Both the position numbers and the translations under genes were made by a program. From positions 1 to 64,000 of the IMG/VR virus record IMGVR_UViG_3300011008_000025: a stretch of DNA of 64,000 bases; one strand, given 5' to 3'. This DNA comes from a virus. Lineage: Duplodnaviria > Caudoviricetes. Under the pieces are notes generated by a model. It was given only the letters and a program-made list of their open reading frames with translations, made no database searches and was not told where the DNA came from. This document shows positions 1-8,295 of this stretch, in pieces (within the stretch, counting starts at the first letter, position 1; each line of letters opens with the position of its first letter).

Positions 1-291
1 TACACGTTTACGTTTTTTGATTTCTACAATGCCTTTGGCGTTGGTTCGCCAAACTCGGCATCGACGTTTCGGTATGCAACGGCGACTTACGTATATCGAT
101 CAAGCAGTTCCATAGGCGTAGGGGGGACTCATTGTTCGACCAATTCCGATAGCACAAGCGCAAGCAGCACCGTGTATTCAAGGTATTGGGTAACGCCAAC
201 TGGGTTTATGCCGTACACCAACAGCACGAGTCGCTACTGGAGGGCAGGACGAACATACAAGTGGTACGCGGTATGGAAACCTGTTGCATAA
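1..291 (+). CDS. C-terminal fragment of a probable tail/receptor-binding protein (5' truncated)
   Basis: Frame 1 is open from base 1 to TAA at 289-291 (...YTNSTSRYWRAGRTYKWYAVWKPVA). It is Ser/Thr/aromatic rich and lies just upstream of the lysis cassette. The function is inferred from position. Confidence 0.5.
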   Translation, partial: YTFTFFDFYNAFGVGSPNSASTFRYATATYVYRSSSSIGVGGTHCSTNSDSTSASSTVYSRYWVTPTGFMPYTNSTSRYWRAGRTYKWYAVWKPVA

Positions 292-305
292 GGAGGAAGT
301 TTATT

Positions 306-560
306 ATGAAGACAGTTACTAAGGAAAATATTACAGAGTACGACGAAAACGGTCGCGTGACCCGTGTGACTACTACGGAAACGACTGAGGAATCTGTGGA
401 TAAATGTCAAAACTGTTGGCGGTACCGTCCGTGGTGGCAGGTTGACACTACACCTATTAATACCACACCGAGCATTACGTGGACATCAAGCAACGGTATA
501 AATACGATCAGTGGCACCAATGTCGGCAACGACGGTGCCACCGCTACAATAAAGTTCTAA
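306..560 (+). CDS. hypothetical protein
   Basis: GGAGG at 292-296 precedes ATG 306 (MKTVTKEN...). Confidence 0.65.
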   Translation: MKTVTKENITEYDENGRVTRVTTTETTEESVDKCQNCWRYRPWWQVDTTPINTTPSITWTSSNGINTISGTNVGNDGATATIKF

Positions 561-576
561 GCGGGGTGATGATCCG

Positions 577-1338
577 ATGGGCTACACAAACAGTTCGCTG
601 GTCGATGTGATTCAGATCAGCCCGAACCAGTCCGGGGCCAGAACTCACAAAATCGATACGGTGACAATTCACTGCACTGCCGGGCAGACCACGGCGCGGG
701 CATTAGGCCAGTGGTTTGCGGATGCTAACCGCAAGGCGTCAAGCAACTATGGTATTGGCTACGACGGCAGCATCGGATTGTACGTTGAGGAAAAGGATCG
801 GTCCTGGTGTTCTTCGTCAAGCGCCAACGACAACCGCGCGATTACGATTGAAGTGTCGAGCGACAACTATCATCCGTACAAGATTACCAACGCGGCCTAT
901 AAAGCCCTGGTCGATCTATTGGTGGATATCTGTCAGCGCAACGACATTGAGAAGCTGTTGTGGCAGGGGGATAAGTCGCTGATCGGGCAGGTGGACAAGC
1001 AGAACATGACCGTCCATCGGTGGTTTGCCAATAAGCCCTGCCCGGGCGACTATTTATATAACCTTCATCCGCAGATCGCGGCTGAGGTCAACGCAAGATT
1101 GGAGGATGAGGAAGTGAACATCGACAAGTTTATCGAAGAGGCTTCTGACGAGCAGCTTATCGGCCTCTTCAACAAGATGAACGCGGCTCTGGCAAAGCGT
1201 GAGCTACCGACGAACTGGAACGCTCGCGGCGAGCTCGATGAAGCTGTGGCCATGGGCATCACGGATGGCTCTCGTCCGATGGCCGTATCCATGCGGTACG
1301 AAGACGCCATCATGATTAAGCGGGCGGCAAAGAAATGA
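577..1338 (+). CDS. endolysin, N-acetylmuramoyl-L-alanine amidase (Amidase_2/PGRP type)
   Basis: TIHCTAG, ASSNYGIG, AITIEV and HRWFANKPCPG Zn-amidase motifs; adjacent to holin-like genes. Confidence 0.9.
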   Translation: MGYTNSSLVDVIQISPNQSGARTHKIDTVTIHCTAGQTTARALGQWFADANRKASSNYGIGYDGSIGLYVEEKDRSWCSSSSANDNRAITIEVSSDNYHPYKITNAAYKALVDLLVDICQRNDIEKLLWQGDKSLIGQVDKQNMTVHRWFANKPCPGDYLYNLHPQIAAEVNARLEDEEVNIDKFIEEASDEQLIGLFNKMNAALAKRELPTNWNARGELDEAVAMGITDGSRPMAVSMRYEDAIMIKRAAKK

Positions 1339-1661
1339 AACCGCTTCGCCGCAAAGAACCGCGTAAAAAACACAAAATACAGTGGAGTAAATGGCTGACG
1401 CTCCTCGTGATCCTATGCGGGTTTGTGATTGCGCAGGAGTGTATCGTGCTGATCTACCTCTGCATCCGCCATGGATTTACTGCCACTGCTGCATATCTGA
1501 CTGCTGCTATCGGTTTAGCCGAAGCGGTTATCGCCGCCGGTCTGTCCGGGTACTTGTCACTCTGTAAGGTGGAGCATAAAGGTCCAGACGGAGCCGGCAT
1601 TACTTATGCCACGGCTCAGGCTAACGGATTCCAGTTGGCCGAGGACGAGCCGCCTGTATAA
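1335..1661 (+). CDS. membrane protein of the lysis cassette (holin-like)
   Basis: Basic N-terminus and two hydrophobic helices; overlaps the endolysin stop. Confidence 0.6.
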   Translation: MKPLRRKEPRKKHKIQWSKWLTLLVILCGFVIAQECIVLIYLCIRHGFTATAAYLTAAIGLAEAVIAAGLSGYLSLCKVEHKGPDGAGITYATAQANGFQLAEDEPPV

Positions 1662-1676
1662 CGAAATTGCAAGGGA

Positions 1677-2012
1677 GTGAAAATTATGGATTGGACTACT
1701 GCACTTGTTCCCATACTCGTTGGCTTGGCGGTTGTGATTCCGCTGATTGTCGCGCTCGTTCGCTACGTCAAGAAGTCTGTCAAAGAACGGAACTGGCCTT
1801 CCCTGCTGGCTCTGGTCAGAAACTATATGGAGCAGGCGGAGATTAAGTTCTCCGAAGGCGCCGACAGAAAAGAATGGGTCATGGCTATGGTCAAAGCCTC
1901 TGCCAACAGTATCAACTACGAGATTGATATGGATGTTGTCAGCGACATGATCGACGGTCTTTGCGCTATGAGCAAAATCGTAAATGCAGAGATCAAGAAA
2001 GACGGTGAATGA
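1677..2012 (+). CDS. holin (LL-H-like)
   Basis: One N-terminal TM helix, then AE...GADRKEWV and an amphipathic tail typical of LL-H-type holins. Confidence 0.7.
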   Translation: MKIMDWTTALVPILVGLAVVIPLIVALVRYVKKSVKERNWPSLLALVRNYMEQAEIKFSEGADRKEWVMAMVKASANSINYEIDMDVVSDMIDGLCAMSKIVNAEIKKDGE

Positions 2013-2458
2013 TGGGAGGTCTTGCTGAGTTGACCGTCGGGCAGATGATTGGCTGGCTGTCGGCCACACTGATCGCGTTAACCGGCGTAATCGAAATTAT
2101 TCCCATCAAACTGAATCCGTGGTCATGGCTTGCTCGGCGCATCGGAAGAGCAATTAACCGCGAAGTTATTGATAAAGTTGACACGCTGAGCGATGAAGTT
2201 GTCGAGCTGAAACGCAGCATTGACGAGAGAGACGCCAAATCGGCCAGGGAAAGCATTTTAGAGTTCGGTGATGAGTTAATCTATAATCCGGACAAAATGC
2301 ACAGCAAGGACAGATTTGACACAGTGGTGCAGCGTATCACGGAATACGACGCCTATTGCGTCGCACATCCAGAGTTTAAGAACCATATGACAGAGTCAAC
2401 CAAGCGGCTGATTCTGAAACAGTACGAGAAGTGTATGAAAGATCATAGCTTCCTATAA
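2009..2458 (+). CDS. lysis-module membrane protein
   Basis: N-terminal TM segment followed by the IEIIPIKLNPWSWL pattern common in Clostridia phage lysis cassettes. Confidence 0.6.
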   Translation: MMGGLAELTVGQMIGWLSATLIALTGVIEIIPIKLNPWSWLARRIGRAINREVIDKVDTLSDEVVELKRSIDERDAKSARESILEFGDELIYNPDKMHSKDRFDTVVQRITEYDAYCVAHPEFKNHMTESTKRLILKQYEKCMKDHSFL

Positions 2459-2469
2459 GTGCAAGCCAC

Positions 2470-2498
2470 TTGACATTATCATAGTTTTTGCATATACT
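2470..2498 (+). promoter_or_regulatory. sigma-A promoter of the toxI-toxN locus
   Basis: TTGACA (2470-2475), 17-bp spacer, TATACT (2493-2498). Confidence 0.85.
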
Positions 2499-2532
2499 AT
2501 AGCCGAGAAAGATATTTCTCTTTTAATGAGAA

Positions 2533-2606
2533 GTGCCCCGCCACTTTGAGCGCGGATCATTTATGCGAGGTGCCCCGCCACCTTAAGCGCGGATGATAAT
2601 GTTGAG
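2533..2606 (+). ncRNA. toxI: type III antitoxin RNA (ToxI-like), two 37-nt tandem repeats
   Basis: GTGCCCCGCCACTTTGAGCGCGGATCATTTATGCGAG and GTGCCCCGCCACCTTAAGCGCGGATGATAATGTTGAG lie between a promoter and a terminator upstream of toxN, the standard type III TA layout. Confidence 0.85.
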
Positions 2607-2636
2607 GGGGCGTTTATGCGCCCCCTCGTTTTTTTT
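2604..2636 (+). terminator. intrinsic terminator between toxI and toxN
   Basis: GAGGGGGCG-TTTATG-CGCCCCCTC followed by G and eight T. Confidence 0.9.
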
Positions 2637-2654
2637 GGAAGAAAGAGAATATGA

Positions 2655-3146
2655 ATGGATAAATTAAATTTTTACACCGTAGATCTGGACTATGTGCAGT
2701 ATCTAAAGGATGTCGAGTTGGCGAGCCGTGGCTTTAGCCGGGTCCCTGATATGGATTACGGCCAGAAACGCAAGCCTAAATTTTTGTGCGGCATTGTCCT
2801 AAAAATAGACTCTGTGGACTACTATGTGCCAGTGTCGTCATATAAGCAGCAAAAGAAAGATAACATTTTGATCCGTGCTGAAAACGGAGAGGCTGTTGGA
2901 TCGTTGCGTTTTAACTATATGTTTCCGATTCCAATAGACATTGTGCGCGTACGTAGGTCTTTGCTTTCGCAGGAGTTGCGGTTTTGTATTGAGCATCAAG
3001 ATACTATTATGCATGACGCCGAGCGGACATATAAACGCGTATTGCTTGGCAAAGATGTGGGCTTGGTGAGAAATAGCTGCGATTTTAAGTTGTTAGAAGA
3101 AGCATGCCTCTCTTACGTGCTACAACACACATCGCATTCCACCTAA
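2655..3146 (+). CDS. toxN: type III TA toxin, ToxN/AbiQ family endoribonuclease
   Basis: FYTVDLDYVQYL, FLCGIVL, YYVPVSS and LRFNYMFPIP motifs, plus the upstream repeat array. Confidence 0.85.
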   Translation: MDKLNFYTVDLDYVQYLKDVELASRGFSRVPDMDYGQKRKPKFLCGIVLKIDSVDYYVPVSSYKQQKKDNILIRAENGEAVGSLRFNYMFPIPIDIVRVRRSLLSQELRFCIEHQDTIMHDAERTYKRVLLGKDVGLVRNSCDFKLLEEACLSYVLQHTSHST

Positions 3147-3292
3147 CCCACACGCCTCTCTTTGATGCGGACCACGTTGGGGTTTTTCAGGGTCATATCA
3201 CATTTGTGGTATGGCCCTATTTTTTTTGTTACCACTTTGTTGCTTGGAGAGTGCTTCGAAAAGTGATACAGTATGACGCGGAGGGATAAGCC

Positions 3293-3364
3293 GTGTCAGA
3301 TGAAATTAACGCGCAACAGCAGGACGATATGTTTTGGGAGTTGCTTGCGGAAATTCGCTATTAA
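3293..3364 (+). CDS. candidate 23-aa small protein
   Basis: GGAGGG at 3280-3285, GTG 7 nt later (MSDEINAQQQDDMFWELLAEIRY), followed immediately by a terminator. Confidence 0.4.
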   Translation: MSDEINAQQQDDMFWELLAEIRY

Positions 3365-3372
3365 AAAATTTT

Positions 3373-3403
3373 TAGCCGCCCGGACAGGGCGGCTATTTTT
3401 TTT
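3373..3403 (+). terminator. intrinsic terminator
   Basis: TAGCCGCCC-GGACA-GGGCGGCTA followed by a T run. Confidence 0.8.
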
Positions 3404-3474
3404 GCCTTGTATAATTATCACTGCATACACACTCGCGTATGTACTGATAGTCATGCAATTGTCAAAATCTGGTT

Positions 3475-3735
3475 TCGTCTGTAAAATCGTCTGTAAAATT
3501 GGGGTAGAATATAGGTCTACGAAGTAGACTCTCAGTCTACTTTTTACAATTTCTGAAAAACGTTTTGCTTTGAAATGTTCCGAAAAGTTCCTAAAAATAT
3601 GTAAAAGTCCGGACTTTTTGAACAATCCGGACTTTCAACGTATGGAGCAGGGTACGGGAGTCGAACCTGTTTTTCGTGCCACAAACACGTTGAAAATCAA
3701 GGCTTTGCGGATTCGTCTGTAATTTTGTCTGTAAA
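3475..3735. other. attP region: tRNA 3'-end core (3643-3667) with arm-type repeats
   Basis: Minus strand GGTTCGACTCCCGTACCCTGCTCCA is a T-arm, acceptor 3' strand, U discriminator and CCA (tRNA-Gly-like). Paired GTCTGTAA repeats sit at 3475-3498 and 3713-3735, next to the integrase stop. Confidence 0.8.
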
Positions 3736-4815
3736 TGTGTAAAACGCACGCATGGAATCGGCGGCTTCGGACAGGTCTTTTGAGGAGAGATGGATGTATA
3801 TTTTATGCATAGTCTCCCAATCATCCCATCCGCCAATCGCCATGGTTTTACGCTCTTGCCACCCGAGATGGTAGGCAAGCGACGCAAAGGATCTTCTTAA
3901 TCCATGAACGCCAACCTCCGGCAGGCCGGCGTGTCTGCACACCGTATTGATATGATTATAAAGTTTATTGAACCGAATGTCAACGTAAGGTTCGTCAGGG
4001 CCTTTATCTGACGCGTCAATCAGCTCCTGCAGGCGCGGGATCATGATCGGAACGACGCGTGTTGACGCAGTGTTCTTGTTTGCTTTCTTTTCAACAAGAT
4101 TGTTGTCGCGGTCTATGACCATCGATCCGCTGACATGAATACCGTCTTCACGTATCTTGGACGGTGTGATAGCAAGCAGCTCTGAACGCCTCAAAGAATG
4201 AAGCGCAAGCAGCGCGGCAAATTCGCACGGAGTCCCCCGCAGCTCCTCCACGAACCGCAGTACCTGTTCATAGTTCAGCCACGGACGTTCTGTCGGTACT
4301 ACCTGTGGAAGCCTGACATCAGGCGGCGTTATGTGATTGCAGCGCATGACACGGGCAACGAGACCCCAAGCGTTTTTGAGCGTCTTCGGCCCGCACAGTT
4401 TTGCTTCTCGGTTAATGGCCGCCTGCCAATTCACAGACGACAGTTCTTTATCATGATATGGTTTGAAACGATTGCGGCCTATTTCTAAGTACCCGCGTAT
4501 CGTACCGGGAGACAGCACGGCGTCATTCTCGGCAATGTACCTCTCGATTGCCTTTGCCATTGTCAGCTTTGGCGCACTCTTTTGGGCTTCCAAGAATCCT
4601 GCGCGGATCGCTCTTGCTTTCGTGATACACTTCTCTTTGGTGTCTTCCGTTACGCTCTGCCCTTCCGCCCGCAGATAGACATTCCACTTCCCGCTTGCCA
4701 GTTTTTTCGGCTCCGGGATCTTGATCACTTGTTCTTCCTTGACCTGTCTGGCGCCACACCAATTGCAAAAGATAGAATTATCGTCGATCTTGCGTTTGCA
4801 AGCTTTGCACTTCAT
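3697..4815 (-). CDS. int: phage integrase (tyrosine recombinase) with N-terminal zinc ribbon
   Basis: LRRSE, HGLRRS, GGW and IY catalytic pattern; CxxC...CxxC N-terminus; adjacent attP. Confidence 0.92.
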   Translation of the reverse strand: MKCKACKRKIDDNSIFCNWCGARQVKEEQVIKIPEPKKLASGKWNVYLRAEGQSVTEDTKEKCITKARAIRAGFLEAQKSAPKLTMAKAIERYIAENDAVLSPGTIRGYLEIGRNRFKPYHDKELSSVNWQAAINREAKLCGPKTLKNAWGLVARVMRCNHITPPDVRLPQVVPTERPWLNYEQVLRFVEELRGTPCEFAALLALHSLRRSELLAITPSKIREDGIHVSGSMVIDRDNNLVEKKANKNTASTRVVPIMIPRLQELIDASDKGPDEPYVDIRFNKLYNHINTVCRHAGLPEVGVHGLRRSFASLAYHLGWQERKTMAIGGWDDWETMHKIYIHLSSKDLSEAADSMRAFYTFTDKITDESAKP

Positions 4816-4830
4816 CGCATCATCGCCTCC

Positions 4831-5118
4831 TTATTTATGTAAACCATGATGCGTGGCGTCCAGACGAATCGCCTCTACAAGCTCTTCTGGAGGAACGCGA
4901 AGAACCGAGGCCCATAAAAGAACGGTTTCCTTTTTCCAGGCGTCGGTTCCTCGCGCCTTTTTGTCTTTGATGGCTTGTTCGTTGCGGCAGCCAACCAGAG
5001 GAGCTAATTCCGCGTTGGTCAGGTGGTTGGCCTTTTGGTATCGGCGGAATAGCTCCATGGTGTAGTCTGGTCGGTCAACGATAAGAGGCGCTTTGTGTAT
5101 CCAGGTGGTTCGCGGCAT
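4831..5118 (-). CDS. small HTH DNA-binding protein (possible excisionase/regulator)
   Basis: LTNAELAPLVG HTH-like segment; directly upstream of the integrase. Confidence 0.5.
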   Translation of the reverse strand: MPRTTWIHKAPLIVDRPDYTMELFRRYQKANHLTNAELAPLVGCRNEQAIKDKKARGTDAWKKETVLLWASVLRVPPEELVEAIRLDATHHGLHK

Positions 5119-5606
5119 TACTTGCCGTCCGTACTGCCGAAACCACCGTTGCGCGTGGCATTTACAGCATCGTCAATCGTCAGGAAATATTGCTGGATGA
5201 TGCCCTGTGCGATAGCCTGTCCGGCATTGATTTCGAGCGCTTTGTTCTCTCGCGTGTCATTTGTGAGCTTGATCCAGATATGCCCTTCGTTATCGGAGTT
5301 TACATAATCCGCGTCGATGATGCCGATTGTATTGTCGATCTGGAGCTTATACTTAAAACCAAGTCCGCTGCGAGGATAAATGGCAAGGAATTTATCATTG
5401 TCGAGTTCCACACCGATGCCGAGAGGGATTTTGATCGACTCTCCAGGTTCCAAATAAAAGGAACACGGAGAGAAAATATCATATCCGGCGGAGAATTTGG
5501 TGGCTCTGGCCGGAAGCTTAATGGCTTTATATTCCTGTGTTAGGTCGGCGTCGCCGCCGACATCCTTTACATACTGTGCGAATGTTACCTTATAAAAAAC
5601 GTTCAT
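5118..5606 (-). CDS. dut: trimeric dUTPase
   Basis: SAGYDI, PRSGLG, GIIDADY, IAQGI and RNGGFGST motifs I-V. Confidence 0.95.
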   Translation of the reverse strand: MNVFYKVTFAQYVKDVGGDADLTQEYKAIKLPARATKFSAGYDIFSPCSFYLEPGESIKIPLGIGVELDNDKFLAIYPRSGLGFKYKLQIDNTIGIIDADYVNSDNEGHIWIKLTNDTRENKALEINAGQAIAQGIIQQYFLTIDDAVNATRNGGFGSTDGK

Positions 5607-5920
5607 AAGTCCTCCTTGTGTTCCCACACGTAATCTGCAAACTTGTCCCAGTTCATCATGACCTGGTTATACACGTCGATTTTGATGGCGCCATAATCCT
5701 CTCTCGGCGGCCAGTTCGTCACAACAACTTCCCACTCACACTTTGACCAGTAGTAATACAACAGGTCGTTTTTGAGCTGATATACAAATGTGGCCCGGTC
5801 GTTTTTGTTCTTTTTAGCGTTGTCGCGGCAGTCCTCTAAAAACCGCCAATGGTCAAATACGTTATGCTCGCGGATCTTACGGGCATTAAAGTCTCCTACG
5901 TAAACATTCCATTTTAACAT
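5603..5920 (-). CDS. conserved phage hypothetical protein
   Basis: In operon; YYWSKCEWEV...KIDVY motif. Confidence 0.7.
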   Translation of the reverse strand: MLKWNVYVGDFNARKIREHNVFDHWRFLEDCRDNAKKNKNDRATFVYQLKNDLLYYYWSKCEWEVVVTNWPPREDYGAIKIDVYNQVMMNWDKFADYVWEHKEDL

Positions 5921-5925
5921 AGTGT

Positions 5926-6426
5926 TTACTCCTCATCTGCCAGCCATTCTTCCAAAGAAATGCTCGTTTCGTTCAGCGGCACGCAATCTTCGCAATATGG
6001 AGAGATCCAGCCTATCGTGACAAATCTTGCCGGCCTGCCGCACTTGATGCATGTACGCTGGCTGATGTCGGCGTATTTATGGATGATACTGTCCGTTTCT
6101 ACGGTGCCGCCATAATCGTACCAGTGGAGCCAGCCGAACTTCTCTTTAATCTGCGTGATGCGGTATGTATCAACGCGGCCGGCAGCTTCCAGTTCGCGCT
6201 GGAGTTCTTCGCACATCTGTTCGCCGAAAGCAATGCGCCAGCCCTCCGGCATCTCATCAAGCTCTGTGTTCTCATAGTCCCATTCCGGAACAATGTCCGG
6301 CGTTCCTGGCCAGTAGCCAGCCCCATCCGTGATGCGTTTGCCGCTCCACCTATTGGTGGGAATCAGCCATGGATATTTTGCGCAGAGTTCTTTGTTGTGC
6401 TCTGTTGTTTTACCCGTTGTCGGCAC
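5926..6426 (-). CDS. conserved phage protein (QIKEKFG motif, C-terminal zinc finger)
   Basis: QIKEKFGWL and CxxC...CxxC; start codon uncertain. Confidence 0.7.
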   Translation of the reverse strand: MPTTGKTTEHNKELCAKYPWLIPTNRWSGKRITDGAGYWPGTPDIVPEWDYENTELDEMPEGWRIAFGEQMCEELQRELEAAGRVDTYRITQIKEKFGWLHWYDYGGTVETDSIIHKYADISQRTCIKCGRPARFVTIGWISPYCEDCVPLNETSISLEEWLADEE

Positions 6427-6432
6427 CTCCCG

Positions 6433-6696
6433 TCACGATTTCAGCTTCATCTCTCTCATTTTCTTGGCAAACACGCGAAGTTCCGTGTATGTCAGTCCGA
6501 CATTGGTGCAACCGATTCCGCGCTCATCGGTGAGGTGGGAATCGTAGCTCTGGAGAATATGTCTCCCCGATGCTTTGTGCAAGATTGCGACGGTTTGAAT
6601 ATAGCCGTTGCAATCCTTGATATACTCAGCCCCGTACTTATCCTCTCTTACTTTTTCAAACCCCAGTTTTGCCAGTTTAGCATCCGTTCTGCTCAT
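6433..6696 (-). CDS. hypothetical protein
   Basis: RBS; packed in operon. Confidence 0.65.
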   Translation of the reverse strand: MSRTDAKLAKLGFEKVREDKYGAEYIKDCNGYIQTVAILHKASGRHILQSYDSHLTDERGIGCTNVGLTYTELRVFAKKMREMKLKS

Positions 6697-6984
6697 TTAT
6701 TTTCCCTCCTGTGTTGTAATTTTCACGCTCCCGCCATAGCCCAGCAGAGCGTTCATCTCTTCCGTCAGCCCACACTCGGCGTAGGCTTCTTCCTCATCGG
6801 CTGTGTTGAGGAAAATCCATTCGTGCATCGCAAACGCCGCTTTGAGCAGTTTGGTGTATTGCTCTCTTGGCACAACGTCTGCGGCTGGGAATTGGTTGAG
6901 AAGTTTCGCTCCGCGCATCGTGATCGCGTCGGCATCGTATAGCAACTCCAACACAGCCTCTCTCTCGATGTACTCTTTAGCCAT
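6697..6984 (-). CDS. hypothetical protein (YIEREA...PAADV family)
   Basis: RBS GGAGG; N-terminal pattern typical of Clostridia phage accessory genes. Confidence 0.65.
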   Translation of the reverse strand: MAKEYIEREAVLELLYDADAITMRGAKLLNQFPAADVVPREQYTKLLKAAFAMHEWIFLNTADEEEAYAECGLTEEMNALLGYGGSVKITTQEGK

Positions 6985-7138
6985 TGTCTACCTCCTCTCT
7001 CTTAACGCAACCAGTAACCTTACAATAGCCAAATTCGGTAGCAAACTCGCACATCGTTCCGTTCTTGCACATGTGCTTAATCGGAGCCAATGATGTTGTG
7101 CTATTGCCCAAATCTATGCCCCAGATGATTTCAGCCAT
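6977..7138 (-). CDS. hypothetical Cys-rich small protein
   Basis: GGAGG before ATG 7138. Confidence 0.5.
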   Translation of the reverse strand: MAEIIWGIDLGNSTTSLAPIKHMCKNGTMCEFATEFGYCKVTGCVKREEVDNG

Positions 7139-7140
7139 TG

Positions 7141-7416
7141 TCAGCCCTCCATTTTGATGCCCGTGCCATTGCAGTGAGGGCATATCACGTCCTCCATCTG
7201 CCCGGCGGCATCGCATTTGCGGACGTTGCCCGTCCCCCGACAAACGGGGCAGAGATAATTTTGGATAGCCCCATTGATCGTTTGCAATGCTCTATCGACC
7301 TCTCTGATCCCCGCATCAATCTCGGCGATCTGACAGTCAAAATCTCGCTTGAGCTGACGCTTGCGTTCTGCGAGCCTCGCCTTTTTAACGCTTAGAGCGC
7401 TTATCACATCAGTCAT
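7141..7416 (-). CDS. coiled-coil protein with DnaJ-like CxxCxGxG zinc finger
   Basis: CPVCRGTG and CPHCNGTG. Confidence 0.65.
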   Translation of the reverse strand: MTDVISALSVKKARLAERKRQLKRDFDCQIAEIDAGIREVDRALQTINGAIQNYLCPVCRGTGNVRKCDAAGQMEDVICPHCNGTGIKMEG

Positions 7417-7807
7417 TGTCTACCTCCTCTGCCGGGATGATGCCGTTGCCAATTGTCATGGTCAGCACCTCCTCCTCTGCCGGGGCGATTTTCACGCCAT
7501 AGTTCTGGCCACGTTTGCAGAACGTAAATTTGCCAATAAGCCTGTTTTTGAAAAACCGGCAACGCCTCATTGCGTCGTCGAAGTCGGTTAAAAACATCTC
7601 ATAACTTTTCCCGTCTTTGATGCTTCGGAAAAGGATTCTTGCCGCAGAGCATCCGCGAGTATATCCCGCATATTCTAAATCGTCCTCAAAGATGTAGTTC
7701 TCTGACCACTTGACAGTCCCTCTGTTGTCGTCCGGGTAATCATGGCGGACATAAACAAGCAGTTCGCCCGTCTTCGCATCAAACGGGAAAAATATTTTCT
7801 TCGGCAT
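7409..7807 (-). CDS. hypothetical protein
   Basis: RBS; FCKRGQNYG motif. Confidence 0.65.
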   Translation of the reverse strand: MPKKIFFPFDAKTGELLVYVRHDYPDDNRGTVKWSENYIFEDDLEYAGYTRGCSAARILFRSIKDGKSYEMFLTDFDDAMRRCRFFKNRLIGKFTFCKRGQNYGVKIAPAEEEVLTMTIGNGIIPAEEVDND

Positions 7808-7809
7808 TG

Positions 7810-8121
7810 TCAGCCCTCCTCTGCCGGGATGATAGTGGGCGGTACTTCCCCCATTAAATGAGATAGCAGAAACTTTGAAACTGTTGTTTCGATATTTCGG
7901 GATGAACAGCTATCGCCATCTGAGAGTTTTACTTCCCAGACTGCGATAGGCGCATCCGCATCAATCAGCCTCCCGTGCGGTGGGATGGGGATAAGAGGGC
8001 AATCAGCCTTGCGCTCACCGTGTTCTACGTCGTCAAGAACGCACTCAAACACATAATGCCATCCAATTTCCAGACATTTTGCACAGCTTTCGGGTATCTC
8101 CATATTGATGTAAACGCCCAT
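7810..8121 (-). CDS. hypothetical protein (PPHGRLIDAD family)
   Basis: RBS; CPL...HGRLIDAD pattern common in Firmicutes phages. Confidence 0.65.
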   Translation of the reverse strand: MGVYINMEIPESCAKCLEIGWHYVFECVLDDVEHGERKADCPLIPIPPHGRLIDADAPIAVWEVKLSDGDSCSSRNIETTVSKFLLSHLMGEVPPTIIPAEEG

Positions 8122-8124
8122 TAT

Positions 8125-8295
8125 TCAGTCTCCTCTCTCGTCCTCTTCCCTATTACTCCGCCGCCTATAAATGCGGCTCAGATACTTCTTGCACCACTTA
8201 ATGCGCTCCCGGCTGCTGCAATAAATACCGCGATGCCGGAGAACGTCAGCCGGGTATTCCCGGCTCGTTTCCTTTTTATATCGGCCGCGCATCAT
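8125..8295 (-). CDS. small basic hypothetical protein
   Basis: 56-aa ORF that fills the gap between neighbours; absent from the supplied track. Confidence 0.45.
   Translation of the reverse strand: MMRGRYKKETSREYPADVLRHRGIYCSSRERIKWCKKYLSRIYRRRSNREEDERGD

Noticed and set aside
1-291. Diversity-generating retroelement target
   Set aside because: The C-terminus is Ser/Thr/Asn rich, but no template repeat or reverse transcriptase is visible in the window.
2533-2606. Mini CRISPR array
   Set aside because: The repeats are tandem with no unique spacers and no cas genes. The promoter-repeat-terminator-toxN layout explains them as ToxI.
3643-3667. tRNA gene
   Set aside because: Only the T-arm and 3' acceptor strand are present, so this is the att core.
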